This document shows positions 18,518-28,239 of a DNA stretch of 64,000 bases, piece after piece. Source of the DNA: Bdellovibrionota bacterium (GTDB lineage Bacteria; Bdellovibrionota_C; UBA2361; CALJRW01); NCBI GenBank assembly GCA_041740355.1, contig JBGSMD010000006.1, forward strand, positions 1-64,000. The letters run 5' to 3'. The notes beneath the pieces were generated by a model. The model made no database searches and was not told the DNA's origin. It worked only from the letters and a program-made list of their open reading frames with translations. The position numbers were made by a program, and so were the translations under genes. Numbering within the stretch: the first letter of the stretch is position 1; every line of letters begins with the position of its first letter.

Positions 18518-19522
18518 TCAAGCAAGTATTTTTTCAATATTAAGCAGTAAATCAGGAAGACCCTCTGCTGTTAAGCTAGAAATAAAATGGATTTCCTGAT
18601 CATTGCCTTGAAAAATCTTTTGTATTGCATCTCTTTCTTCCACTGGAAAAATAGTTTCTGCTTTACTAATGGCAATGATCTTTTTCTTACTTTCCATCCA
18701 CTCACTGAAGTTTGTTAATTCTTTGCTTAGTTGATTATAGTTATCCCAAGCAGAGATTGGCTCGCCATTCTCATCAATCGCAAAAGGATCGACTAAGAAT
18801 AATAAAACTTTTGTTCGCTCTACGTGCTTTAAAAACTTAAAGCCTAAGCCTTTGCCTTCACTAGCTCCAGGAATTAATCCCGGAATGTCAGCGATTACAA
18901 AGTTTCTAAACTTACCTTGCACTACTCCTAAGTTAGGAGTTAGGGTTGTAAAAGGGTAGTCTGAAATTTTTGGTTTGGCGGCAGAAATTTTAGAAATCAA
19001 CGTTGATTTGCCGGCTTTTGGAAATCCAACGATTCCGACATCTGCTACTAATTTTAAATTTAACTTAAATCGAAAATGCTCTCCCGGCTCGCCAGTCTGG
19101 GCATGTGTCGGGGCTTGGTTTGTGGCAGATTTGAAAAAGACATTTCCTTTTCCTCCACGGCCACCTTTGGCTATTACAAATTCTTGTCCTTCTTCAGTTA
19201 AGTCACAGACAAGTTCTTGGGTAGCGTTGTTAAATATCTCTGTTCCTACAGGTAGTTTAATAACTAAATCTTGCCCCGAGAGTCCATCTTTTCTTCTTCC
19301 GGATCCAGACTTTCCGTGAGCAGCACGCCATAGCGGTTTGAACTTAAAATCAATTAGGGTTTGAATGTTTTTATCAGCAATTACTATTACCGATCCACCT
19401 CGACCGCCATTTCCACCGTCAGGTCCACCCATTGGAACAAACTTTTCACGGCGAAAGCTACGCGATCCAGAGCCACCATCTCCCGAGGCAACATCAATAA
19501 TTGTTTCGTCAATAAATTTCAT
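18518..19522 (-). CDS. obgE: GTPase Obg/CgtA
   Basis: MKFIDE, FRREKFVPMGGPDGG, G1 GFPKAGKST, YPFTT, DIPG. Confidence 0.97.
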   Translation of the reverse strand: MKFIDETIIDVASGDGGSGSRSFRREKFVPMGGPDGGNGGRGGSVIVIADKNIQTLIDFKFKPLWRAAHGKSGSGRRKDGLSGQDLVIKLPVGTEIFNNATQELVCDLTEEGQEFVIAKGGRGGKGNVFFKSATNQAPTHAQTGEPGEHFRFKLNLKLVADVGIVGFPKAGKSTLISKISAAKPKISDYPFTTLTPNLGVVQGKFRNFVIADIPGLIPGASEGKGLGFKFLKHVERTKVLLFLVDPFAIDENGEPISAWDNYNQLSKELTNFSEWMESKKKIIAISKAETIFPVEERDAIQKIFQGNDQEIHFISSLTAEGLPDLLLNIEKILA

Positions 19523-19628
19523 GTTCTGTTAATTTTTCTACTTTTCAATCTAGAGAATATTTTATCTGAAGTATTTCAGTGGGTGTGTAATTTGGAAGTT
19601 TGAGAAACTTGGGAGGGAAGGGAATTTG

Positions 19629-19666
19629 TCAGAGCGAACTTTGATTTAATTCAAAGTTCGCTCTGA
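19629..19666. terminator. Perfect 16-bp stem-loop between rpmA and obgE (terminator or processing site)
   Basis: TCAGAGCGAACTTTGA-N6-TCAAAGTTCGCTCTGA; no clear U tract. Confidence 0.5.
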
Positions 19667-19676
19667 AGTAGGTCTA

Positions 19677-19934
19677 TTACTCTGCTGCTACTGGCTGAAC
19701 ATTTACGTAATGTTTGTACCCTTGTTTAAAAGATACAACACCGTCAGTTAAAGCAAATAATGTATGGTCACTTCCCATGCCAACATTTTCTCCAGCATGA
19801 AACTTAGTACCTCTTTGACGGATAATAATATTTCCGGCAATTACAGCTTCACCACCAAATTTTTTAACGCCTAAACGCTTTCCCGCAGTCTTTCTTCCGT
19901 TCTTGGAACTACCTGCGGCTTTCTTATGGGCCAT
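19677..19934 (-). CDS. rpmA: 50S ribosomal protein L27
   Basis: [14 protein letters not shown]...KRLGVK...RQRGT. Confidence 0.98.
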   Translation of the reverse strand: MAHKKAAGSSKNGRKTAGKRLGVKKFGGEAVIAGNIIIRQRGTKFHAGENVGMGSDHTLFALTDGVVSFKQGYKHYVNVQPVAAE

Positions 19935-19964
19935 TGTAAACTCCTGTTTATGATATAAAAATAA

Positions 19965-20285
19965 TTATGCTTGAATTGAATCAATTCTAACGGCCACTAG
20001 CTCTTGTCTGTGTCCAGTTTTCTTACGGTGTGTTTTTCTTTTACGGTGTTGGAAAGAAATAGTTTTCTTTTGTTTAACCGCTTGAAGAACTGTTCCAGTA
20101 ACTGATGCACCAGCTAAAAGTGGCTCACCGATTTTAAGATTTTCAGCGCTACCAACAGCGATAACTTGATCAAATGTGCAAGTTCCACCAACAGCTACAC
20201 CAAACTTTTCAACCATGACAGTTGCACCTTGATGAACTCGGTATTGTTTAGCACCAGATTTAATAATTGCGTAATTTTCAGACAT
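19965..20285 (-). CDS. rplU: 50S ribosomal protein L21
   Basis: YAIIKSGAKQYRV...GHRQ; upstream of rpmA. Confidence 0.97.
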   Translation of the reverse strand: MSENYAIIKSGAKQYRVHQGATVMVEKFGVAVGGTCTFDQVIAVGSAENLKIGEPLLAGASVTGTVLQAVKQKKTISFQHRKRKTHRKKTGHRQELVAVRIDSIQA

Positions 20286-20528
20286 TGTATTTATTCTAAG
20301 TAGCCTTCCCAGTTCTTAAATGATCTAGTGGAACGGCAATAGTTCAGTCGATAACTAATCTTTAATAATGAAATTTCAATATTTAGTGTAGTAATCAGGT
20401 GGGAATTTATAAGATAAATAGCCGCTTAAGTCAATTTTGCTACCTATTTAGCGTCCTAGCTACTTTTGCAGGTGGCTAAATAACTACTAATGCAATTCTG
20501 CATAAAGTGTAGTAAAATAACACATAAG

Positions 20529-21215
20529 ATGGCTAATAAATACAAAATTGCATTAATTGAAGATGACCAATCTGTTCGTACAAGTTTGGTATTAAACCTA
20601 GAACTTGAAGGATATCAAATAGTTACGGCCGAAAATGGACAGGAAGGCATCACCTTAATTGAAAAAGAGTGTCCAGACGTGATAATTACTGATGTGATGT
20701 TACCAGTAATGGATGGCATGCAAATGTGCCGGGAGCTACGTAATAAAGGAAATTCTACTCCTATTATTATGCTAACTGCTAGAACGGAAGAAGTTGATAA
20801 AGTTCTGGGTCTAGAGTTGGGGGCAGATGATTACATCGCCAAACCATTTGGAGTGAGGGAGTTACTGGCGCGAGTTAAAGCCTTACTTCGACGTTCAATT
20901 CAAACCTTAGAAATTACTACTTACCAGTTTGGAGACATCTCGATTGATTTCAAAGCATACCAAGCTAAGAAAAAAGAAGAGCCTCTGGAATTATCTGCTC
21001 GTGAGTATCGCTTGTTAAAATATCTAATTGGAAAAATTGGAGATGTCGTTTCCCGCGATGAATTACTTGATGAAGTCTGGGGTTACAACTCTTACCCTAC
21101 AACTCGCACTGTTGATAATCACATAGCTAAGCTTCGTCAGAAGATTGAACCAAACATTACGACTCCAAGACATATCCTCACCATTCATGGGGTGGGGTAT
21201 AAGTTTGTGGAGTAA
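20529..21215 (+). CDS. OmpR/PhoB-family response regulator (no adjacent kinase)
   Basis: IEDD, TDVMLP (phospho-Asp), GADDYIAKPF, wHTH with TRTVDNHIAKLRQK. ATG at 20529 preferred over 20490. Confidence 0.93.
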   Translation: MANKYKIALIEDDQSVRTSLVLNLELEGYQIVTAENGQEGITLIEKECPDVIITDVMLPVMDGMQMCRELRNKGNSTPIIMLTARTEEVDKVLGLELGADDYIAKPFGVRELLARVKALLRRSIQTLEITTYQFGDISIDFKAYQAKKKEEPLELSAREYRLLKYLIGKIGDVVSRDELLDEVWGYNSYPTTRTVDNHIAKLRQKIEPNITTPRHILTIHGVGYKFVE

Positions 21216-21235
21216 TAAACTATTCAACTGAAGCT

Positions 21236-21559
21236 ATGATACAACTAACAACAAATAAATTTCTCATTAAGCTTTATGAATATTTTGGAAATAGGCAAGA
21301 GGTAGGAATTTTAAATGTAATGCTTCTAATTACATTTGGATGTATTGGTGGGGTGCTTGGAGATAATCATACGGCAAAGTTTCTTGTTTTTATATTAGCT
21401 TCTCTATTCTTCCCTGCACATTATCTTAGTTATAAACTCGTACAGGATTTAATCAATGAAAATCAATTGCCCAAAAAAGAATTTTCTATAAAAAAGATAT
21501 TAATTATTTTGGGTGTATACATACCTCTATTATGCGTTGCATTTTACATAACTTCCTAA
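21236..21559 (+). CDS. Small hypothetical membrane protein
   Basis: 107 aa, three hydrophobic segments. Confidence 0.55.
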   Translation: MIQLTTNKFLIKLYEYFGNRQEVGILNVMLLITFGCIGGVLGDNHTAKFLVFILASLFFPAHYLSYKLVQDLINENQLPKKEFSIKKILIILGVYIPLLCVAFYITS

Positions 21560-21731
21560 AGATAAAAAACAAATTGCTATAGATGCATAATGGATATTAC
21601 TAGTCGGCGTTTAGCAATAGAATGCGTGAACTTTTCATTCACTTTTTCGATTGTTCGATATTTACTAATTTTAAATTTATATTTTTGCGATTAGTCTTAG
21701 TTTACTTTCACTTTAATTCATCAAATGACAC

Positions 21732-22559
21732 ATGAGTGATTTTCAACCAAATAGATTCGTGGCGTTGGGACTTAGTTTTATTTCTCCTGGGGTGGGACAG
21801 ATATATAAATCTGAAGTTGTAAAAGGATTGAGTATTGTTTTTAGTCGCTATCTGCTGGCTGCATTAGGCATCTTCTTTAGCTTATTCGATTATTTTTGGT
21901 ACATGGGATTTTATATCCTGTCTCTGATCTTGATTTGGCTTTACGCCCTGTTAGATGCCTCAGAGGTAAAAGATCATCCCATTAAAGCTACTCAGTATAA
22001 TAGATGGTATTCCTGTTTAATTATTGCGTTTTTAGTAATTGGTACAAATTACGGCGTGCAAAAATTGAGTAATACTTATTACCAAGGGTATAAAATCAAA
22101 GGAGTTTCTCATGAGCCTACCCTGTTTGCACGGGACCATGTTCTAGTTAACCATAAGTTTTATAAAGATAAGCCAATCGAGCGGTTTGATTTAGTTGTTT
22201 TTAATCAATTAGATAATCCAACTACGGCGATTGATGAGTCCCAAAAGAAAAATACATTTATCCGTCGTGTAGTCGGTTTACCTGGAGATCAGATTGAAAT
22301 TAATGATGCGAAAATTTTTCTAAACGGAGCACCAATGAAAGATGATTATGGAATTTGGGGTGGAGAAGACAAGGGGCATTATGGGCCTTATTCTATTCCA
22401 GAAAATAGCTATTTTATGTTGGGAGATAATCGCGATCCAAGTAGGGATTCGCGTCATTACCATAATCCATTTATTCCAGCGAAAAATATCCTCGGAAAAT
22501 TAGCATATGTTTATTTCAACATAAATAATCCGGAGCGAATAGGGACTTATCTTAAGTGA
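21732..22559 (+). CDS. lepB: Signal peptidase I family protein
   Basis: S.EPTL (catalytic Ser), FIRRVVGLPGD (Arg at the usual catalytic Lys of IKR), MLGDNRD.S.DSR; N-terminal TMs. Confidence 0.8.
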   Translation: MSDFQPNRFVALGLSFISPGVGQIYKSEVVKGLSIVFSRYLLAALGIFFSLFDYFWYMGFYILSLILIWLYALLDASEVKDHPIKATQYNRWYSCLIIAFLVIGTNYGVQKLSNTYYQGYKIKGVSHEPTLFARDHVLVNHKFYKDKPIERFDLVVFNQLDNPTTAIDESQKKNTFIRRVVGLPGDQIEINDAKIFLNGAPMKDDYGIWGGEDKGHYGPYSIPENSYFMLGDNRDPSRDSRHYHNPFIPAKNILGKLAYVYFNINNPERIGTYLK

Positions 22560-22720
22560 TATTATCACCACTAAGAGTGTCTTCTCTAAGTGGCTTTGCT
22601 GAAATTAATAAATAAATTAGATGAATTGAGAATAAAAGTAATGTTTGCAAATCGTGTTTAGGATCTGCTAAACTTTTTACCATGTTTTTCCAAATCTAAT
22701 TCCATTCTCGAAGGATAGTT

Positions 22721-25231
22721 ATGATAAAGTTCCTTGGTCTGCCTAGATTAATTTTCTGTTTATTTCTTCTTTTTGTTAATTTCAGTTTGGCTGAAGAATA
22801 TACAATTTCAGATCTAGGAGCCCTGTCAGAGGATGACAGCGTTGGATATATTTGGAATGACGTAAATGACCAAGGGCAAGTTGTTGGGTCTTATTTTGAT
22901 GGTAGTAAAGAGCGTCCAGTTATTTGGGAAAATGATGAAGTTACATATGTTACTTCCACGGAAAGATCTAAGGCTAATTTTATTTCTGATGATGGATCTG
23001 TTGCAGGAGAAATAAGAAGTTTAGATAATGTTAGCAGAAAAGCTGTAGCATGGAAGAAAGAAGAGTCTGGTTTTTCTGAATTTCAATTTTCTAATCCAAC
23101 CAATCTTAAAAGTTTAACTCGTTCCATTAGTAATAATGGCATTGTCGTTGGAGATCGTTATGTAGCAGGAGATACTAATTCCGAATATGAAATTTTTATT
23201 GCTAAACCTCCGCTCTATGAAATGATTTCTGTGTTTAACGAATCAGAATATCTCGATCCTTTTATCGCCATTCAATACCCAGCAAGCGTTCTTGTAAATA
23301 ACCAAGAAACTGTAATTTTCTCCCACGGTGGACGCTCAATCTTTGAATTCACAAAAGTTCAAAATGGTAACAAGCAAGTTGTTCCTGATATGTATCCAGT
23401 TAAGCTCAACAATAACGGAGATGTCTTAGGAAAAATGCCTAATACCGAATCTTCTGAACTTGATACTTTTCCTGTAATTCTAAAATCTGATGGAACTGTA
23501 ATTAGAATAAGCGATCCACAAAACAGAAAAATAAATGCCATCGATATGAACGACGATCGAACGGTGATTGGTGTAACTCAAGCAGAATCTACGCCTGAAG
23601 ATTTTACAATCGATCCTATTATCTGGAAAGATGGACAAGTGACTGATCTAAATTCACTAGTTCCAGTCGACTCTGGGTGGACTTACCTTTTACCAAAAAA
23701 GATTTCTAACTCTGGTAACATTATTGGAGCTGGAGTTTTAAATGGAGAAGTGCGTAATTTTCTTTTGCAAATTCAAGATGAATGCGCAGAAAGTATAACT
23801 AAAGGCGGAGTATTTTCTCGTGTGGATTCAATAAAATGTAAGCTTGGAACTTCCTGGAGCATGCAAGATAAATCAAGTGAGATTGGAGGAAATTGGACTA
23901 CTAAAGACGGTGTGATTCCACCAAATTTAGTTAATCAGAAAAAATTTGTATCTTCGGTATTTGTAACTAACAATGGCAAGCCCTACGTAAACTGCCCGAC
24001 AGAGACCTATTACAAGTGGACACTGAAGCCAGTAAAAAAAGCAGGTGATAAAACGGAGCCTAAAGAAATTAAGCTAGGCTCATCTTGCCGTGAACCGATA
24101 TCCTTAGAGGAAGGTAAGTATAAAGTATCAGTTGTAGAAAGATTTAAAGCCGATAAGAAGCTAACTGGGAGAAAAATTAAGAATGAAGATGTGATCATTC
24201 AAGATTGGCTGATAATTGGGATGGGTGATTCTAATGGTTCTGGTCAAGGTACAGTGACCGACAGAATTCCTTATGAATTTCCGCAGTGCGATCGAAATCA
24301 ATATTCCTATCAGGCTCAAGTTGCCAAGCAAATTGAAGAAGCTGATTCTAAAACATCAGTTACCTTTATCCACACGGCATGTTCTGGAGCTCAAACAGTA
24401 CATATTAATGAAAGTAAGTATCTTGGACAAAATCCAGATGAGAACAACAAGCTTCCTCCGCAAGTAGATCAAGTAATGAAGCGACTACTTAAGAATAAGA
24501 AAGAACCAAGACAAGTTGATGCAGTAATACTTTCAATCGGAGTGAATGATATTTTATTTGGACCTATCTTGGGTGTATGCGTTCCATTTGCTGTAGGAAC
24601 AAATGATATTTTTTATCCAGGCTGTCAAAATTTTAGTGTAGAAACAACTAAGGATGCCAATAAAGAAGGAGATTTAAAGCTTTCATCCGGAAGTAAAGCT
24701 GTAAATATTGATTCGGCAATCCGTGGAAAGGCAGCTGAACTTGTAAAACTATTTAAGCCAGTTGTTAAAGGTTTAAATACATTGGGAGTTAAGGGCAAAG
24801 ATATCTTTCATACATCTTATCCAGACTTCACCCAGGACGTAACTGGTGATGTTTGTGGAGATAGCTCATCAATTGGGTTACGAAAAGGAGATTGGGAATG
24901 GTTTGGAGAAATGCGAAGACTTTTAGTTGAACAAATTTTTAAGCATCAAGCAAAAAAGAATTGGGCGGCAACACCTGATTTCAAAGAAGTATTTGCCAAG
25001 CATGGATATTGTGCTGGATCTCAAAGTTGGTTTCAAGGATTATTCCTTTCCATCATTAACCAATATACAAAGAATGGTGGTTTTCATTCTAAGAGTGAGG
25101 GGCATATGGCGATGGCTGACGCTTTATTCCCGCACCTATGTTTAGCGTTATATGGCGACTTAACTTGCAAGGGCACCCCAAGAGGACCTAAGTCTTGCTC
25201 TTTGAAAGATGAAAAGATTGTCTGCAAATAA
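22721..25231 (+). CDS. Secreted HAF-repeat protein fused to a C-terminal SGNH/GDSL hydrolase
   Basis: Signal peptide; repeats (ISDLG, VNDQGQVVG, ISNNGIVVG, DLNSLVP.DSGW); block I GMGDSNGSG, ACSGA, block III SIGVND, block V GFHS...GH. Confidence 0.8.
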   Translation: MIKFLGLPRLIFCLFLLFVNFSLAEEYTISDLGALSEDDSVGYIWNDVNDQGQVVGSYFDGSKERPVIWENDEVTYVTSTERSKANFISDDGSVAGEIRSLDNVSRKAVAWKKEESGFSEFQFSNPTNLKSLTRSISNNGIVVGDRYVAGDTNSEYEIFIAKPPLYEMISVFNESEYLDPFIAIQYPASVLVNNQETVIFSHGGRSIFEFTKVQNGNKQVVPDMYPVKLNNNGDVLGKMPNTESSELDTFPVILKSDGTVIRISDPQNRKINAIDMNDDRTVIGVTQAESTPEDFTIDPIIWKDGQVTDLNSLVPVDSGWTYLLPKKISNSGNIIGAGVLNGEVRNFLLQIQDECAESITKGGVFSRVDSIKCKLGTSWSMQDKSSEIGGNWTTKDGVIPPNLVNQKKFVSSVFVTNNGKPYVNCPTETYYKWTLKPVKKAGDKTEPKEIKLGSSCREPISLEEGKYKVSVVERFKADKKLTGRKIKNEDVIIQDWLIIGMGDSNGSGQGTVTDRIPYEFPQCDRNQYSYQAQVAKQIEEADSKTSVTFIHTACSGAQTVHINESKYLGQNPDENNKLPPQVDQVMKRLLKNKKEPRQVDAVILSIGVNDILFGPILGVCVPFAVGTNDIFYPGCQNFSVETTKDANKEGDLKLSSGSKAVNIDSAIRGKAAELVKLFKPVVKGLNTLGVKGKDIFHTSYPDFTQDVTGDVCGDSSSIGLRKGDWEWFGEMRRLLVEQIFKHQAKKNWAATPDFKEVFAKHGYCAGSQSWFQGLFLSIINQYTKNGGFHSKSEGHMAMADALFPHLCLALYGDLTCKGTPRGPKSCSLKDEKIVCK

Positions 25232-25299
25232 ACTTAACTAGTTTAATTTTTAATTATTAAAAAATCCTAAGTGGTAAATTATTTTTTATAATTAAATTT

Positions 25300-26364
25300 T
25301 TACTTAATTAGTTCTGCTTTGCCATCTTTGATTTGATAAAGTGCCGCTGCAGCATTATTCCCATTATTCGATTTCGTAAAATCAATTTCTCCCGAAACTC
25401 CCTGATAAGTAACGCCTTTAAGTCCGGCTTGTAAGTCTTTTGGATTTAGAGTGTAAGCTTTAACTAAACTCCTTAATGCTTCATAACTTAAGTGGCTTTC
25501 AAATTGTGGAACTTCTTTAAATCGTTCTTGGAATTTTTTGTTGTATTCTTCAGGGGCTGTGAAATCGACAAAATAAATATCTTCTAATTGTTCTTTGTTA
25601 GCACTTTCATCCAATAAACTTTCTACAATATTTAGTGTAGTTAAAATTTTCGTTGGTGATTTAAATTCTTTTAGTCTTCGAGCGATTCGTTCTCCTAAGT
25701 AAGGAGCAAAGATTACATCAGGTTTTTTGCGGAGCACTCTTGTGACTTCAGATTTGGCATCAGTGTTCCAGTCTTGAGTGGAAAGCTCTTCAACTAACTC
25801 AATATTTAATTCCTTGATAATCTCTTTAATCTTTTTTCCGTAACCTAAGCCCCAAGTATTATCCCAGTTAATTAAAGCTAGTTTTTTTATTTCGGGATGT
25901 TTTTTAAAATACAAACGAAAGGCGGAGTCGAGGTAATCAATTTGATGACCCATAGTAAAAAAATAGGAACTCGTAATGGTAATTGCATGAGGCATCGTAG
26001 TAGGGGATAAGACAACAGTCTTAGTCTTATCAGCTTGAGGTAAAAAAGAATTAGTTAAAAATTCCCAAACATCACCAATAATAGCATCGACCTGGTCAAT
26101 ATTTTTTAACTTATTGAAAGCACTTAGTGCTTGGTTCGGTTGCGTTTGAGAGTCTTCAAAAATTAGCTCTACTGGTTTGCCTTCTATACCACCTGTCCTA
26201 TTAATTTTTTCTTGGGCTAGCTCCAGACCCATCTTGGCGAATTTGCCATATTTAGCGGCAGCCCCTGTCTGGGCAATAATTACGCCAACTTTAAAGTTGT
26301 CTTCCGCTAGTAAGGAAGAGGAAACGAGCAAACATAAGATTAGTTGAAGAAGTGGTTTAAACAT
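25300..26364 (-). CDS. LivJ/LivK-like periplasmic substrate-binding protein
   Basis: Signal peptide; KVGVI...TG.AA.YG, IN..GGIEGKPVELIFED, YQGVSGEIDF. ATG at 26364 preferred. Confidence 0.88.
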   Translation of the reverse strand: MFKPLLQLILCLLVSSSLLAEDNFKVGVIIAQTGAAAKYGKFAKMGLELAQEKINRTGGIEGKPVELIFEDSQTQPNQALSAFNKLKNIDQVDAIIGDVWEFLTNSFLPQADKTKTVVLSPTTMPHAITITSSYFFTMGHQIDYLDSAFRLYFKKHPEIKKLALINWDNTWGLGYGKKIKEIIKELNIELVEELSTQDWNTDAKSEVTRVLRKKPDVIFAPYLGERIARRLKEFKSPTKILTTLNIVESLLDESANKEQLEDIYFVDFTAPEEYNKKFQERFKEVPQFESHLSYEALRSLVKAYTLNPKDLQAGLKGVTYQGVSGEIDFTKSNNGNNAAAALYQIKDGKAELIK

Positions 26365-26583
26365 AAATAAAGGCTTTATTATAAAATACTTACTTAACCC
26401 CGACATCCCTGAGAAGTTGGAGCTATAGTAATTTCAATAGGTTAGCAAATAATACTTCGATATGTAACAAAAATGTAAAATTTTTGCATCTTTTTTGTAA
26501 CTGTAGACATCAAACCTACATAACGCCGATGCCAGCCTAAAGAAAGTTACTAAGGCAGGCAAATTTAAACCTTTGGAAATAGT

Positions 26584-26883
26584 TTGGATATGAATAAATA
26601 TAACCTTAAATTAACAAGTTACCTAGAAAAACAATATATTAATTGTGATGACTTTAAGGATTTATACTCAGAACTAAGAGATCAAGAGATTCCCCTTTCT
26701 TTAGCAGGTCGTTTGGAGCAGCATTTTGACGAATGTAATGAATGTCAGACCTTAGCTAGGGACATTGAGATGGTAATTGAGGAAGCTAAGTATTGTTTCC
26801 AAGTGTCGGAGATGCCCTCGGGTGTTCGCACTCGATTACACCAAAAGCTTAATCAGGAACTAGGATTAAATTTGGAATGTTAA
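26584..26883 (+). CDS. Stand-alone zf-HC2 (ZAS) anti-sigma-like protein
   Basis: C.....L....D.E......LEQHFDECNEC (HxxxCxxC); no TM segment. Confidence 0.75.
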   Translation: MDMNKYNLKLTSYLEKQYINCDDFKDLYSELRDQEIPLSLAGRLEQHFDECNECQTLARDIEMVIEEAKYCFQVSEMPSGVRTRLHQKLNQELGLNLEC

Positions 26884-26932
26884 GGATGTTTTTGAGTATT
26901 TAAACAAAATTAAAATCGCAAACATCATCCAC

Positions 26933-26962
26933 TTTGAAGAAGGACTTTAGTCCTTCTTCAAA
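26933..26962. terminator. Putative terminator between convergent genes
   Basis: TTTGAAGAAGGACT-TT-AGTCCTTCTTCAAA perfect IR. Confidence 0.55.
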
Positions 26963-27036
26963 AATAGTTCTATCTCAGCAACAATTTCTAATATTATATC
27001 CTGAATTTTTTGACTAATAGATGTTACTCGACGATT

Positions 27037-27648
27037 TTATAGCTGAGAAGGTAGCGGCTGTTTTTCAAACAGATCCAGACGTTCCTCAATACCTGGTGCG
27101 ACCTCTGCAATTTGTCTAGTGTTTTTTAATAATTTCTCTAAAGCAAAGGTGAATGCTAAGCCTTTTGTTGTTTTGTGTGATCCTTTCATTGGCAACTGAG
27201 GTCCCAATTCAGTGGCATCCAATTTCTCAGCAAAACTAATAGTAAGATCAACAAATCTTATTACCTGTTCTACATTAGCTCCTTGAAGAAATTTACTCAC
27301 TGTATGATTAAAGGCGCACATATAATATGGTAAGTCGTAACCTATATTATCAACACTATCTTGATCGGTACCACCATTTCTTTTTAAAATAGGTCTTAAA
27401 TCTTCAAGCTTTTTATACACCTTTTCGATTTGAGCTAAGTCTGAAATTTGCAGACTTTGAAAGAAGCTCGATAATTCTTTAACCATATCCACGTTTGTCT
27501 CTGGTCTTATAGACAATTCGTGTTTCCATTCGTCGCGTCCAATAGCTAGGATTACTTTATCTCTCGTTGTTACGCTCTTTGGTAAGCCGCTATCATTAGT
27601 AATATCCGACTTTTGCGGCTCTCTTTTTGGTTCAAATCTATTCTGCAT
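27037..27648 (-). CDS. Hypothetical protein (no recognised family)
   Basis: 203-aa ORF with ATG and AGG upstream; no motifs recognised. Confidence 0.65.
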   Translation of the reverse strand: MQNRFEPKREPQKSDITNDSGLPKSVTTRDKVILAIGRDEWKHELSIRPETNVDMVKELSSFFQSLQISDLAQIEKVYKKLEDLRPILKRNGGTDQDSVDNIGYDLPYYMCAFNHTVSKFLQGANVEQVIRFVDLTISFAEKLDATELGPQLPMKGSHKTTKGLAFTFALEKLLKNTRQIAEVAPGIEERLDLFEKQPLPSQL

Positions 27649-27959
27649 CCTAATAATCCTTGAAAATTCTAACTAATAACTCCAGCTGCTATCAAAAGCA
27701 TTCAGTTCTTAAGTTTACGAAAATGTTATTGATTGCTAATAAGCATGTGTGATTGAAAAAATGAAATTAACTAAAAACCTGAGTTCGATTTAAGAAGCTG
27801 AGGTAGAAAGGGGCACTCTATAACCCCCTAAAGTAGTTAATAACCCAGAAACGCAGTAATTTCAAAGCTTTATCATTAAATGATAGTATTTACGTAAGTG
27901 TTCAGCTAGTCATTATAAAGAAAGTACAAATCCCCTTTAGGTGTCAATTTATGAAGTAG

Positions 27960-27989
27960 CTTGTCCTCCATAGCTTTAGCTATGGAGGA
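27960..27989 (+). repeat. REP-like palindrome, variant copy upstream of polA
   Basis: CTTGTCCTCCATAGCTTTAGCTATGGAGGA; same CTTGTCC head and central AGCTTTAGC, stem kept by paired changes. Confidence 0.7.
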
Positions 27990-28239
27990 GAGACACTAGC
28001 CTTACACCATTGGACAAAATCGTTCAGATTTTGACCAAGAAACAAAGTGATCTGCATTTATTGAGCATCTTGGTAAAAGACTTTTGCCTTGCAGGTGAAC
28101 GGCTATATATTTACTAACAGGTGCTAGGAGGTGAAAATTTTGCACGGAAATGTAAATTCAGAATATTAGCTATCAACAATTTTGACTTTTACCTTGCCTC
28201 ATAGGTATGATCCGTTTACTTTCTAGTATCTCTAAAATA

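Noticed and set aside
20300-20345. Ribosomal protein leader RNA upstream of rplU
   Set aside because: Only a weak imperfect hairpin; cannot be assigned without a covariance model.
20529-21215. Orphan response regulator as a novel signalling system
   Set aside because: Canonical OmpR-type protein; orphan regulators are common.
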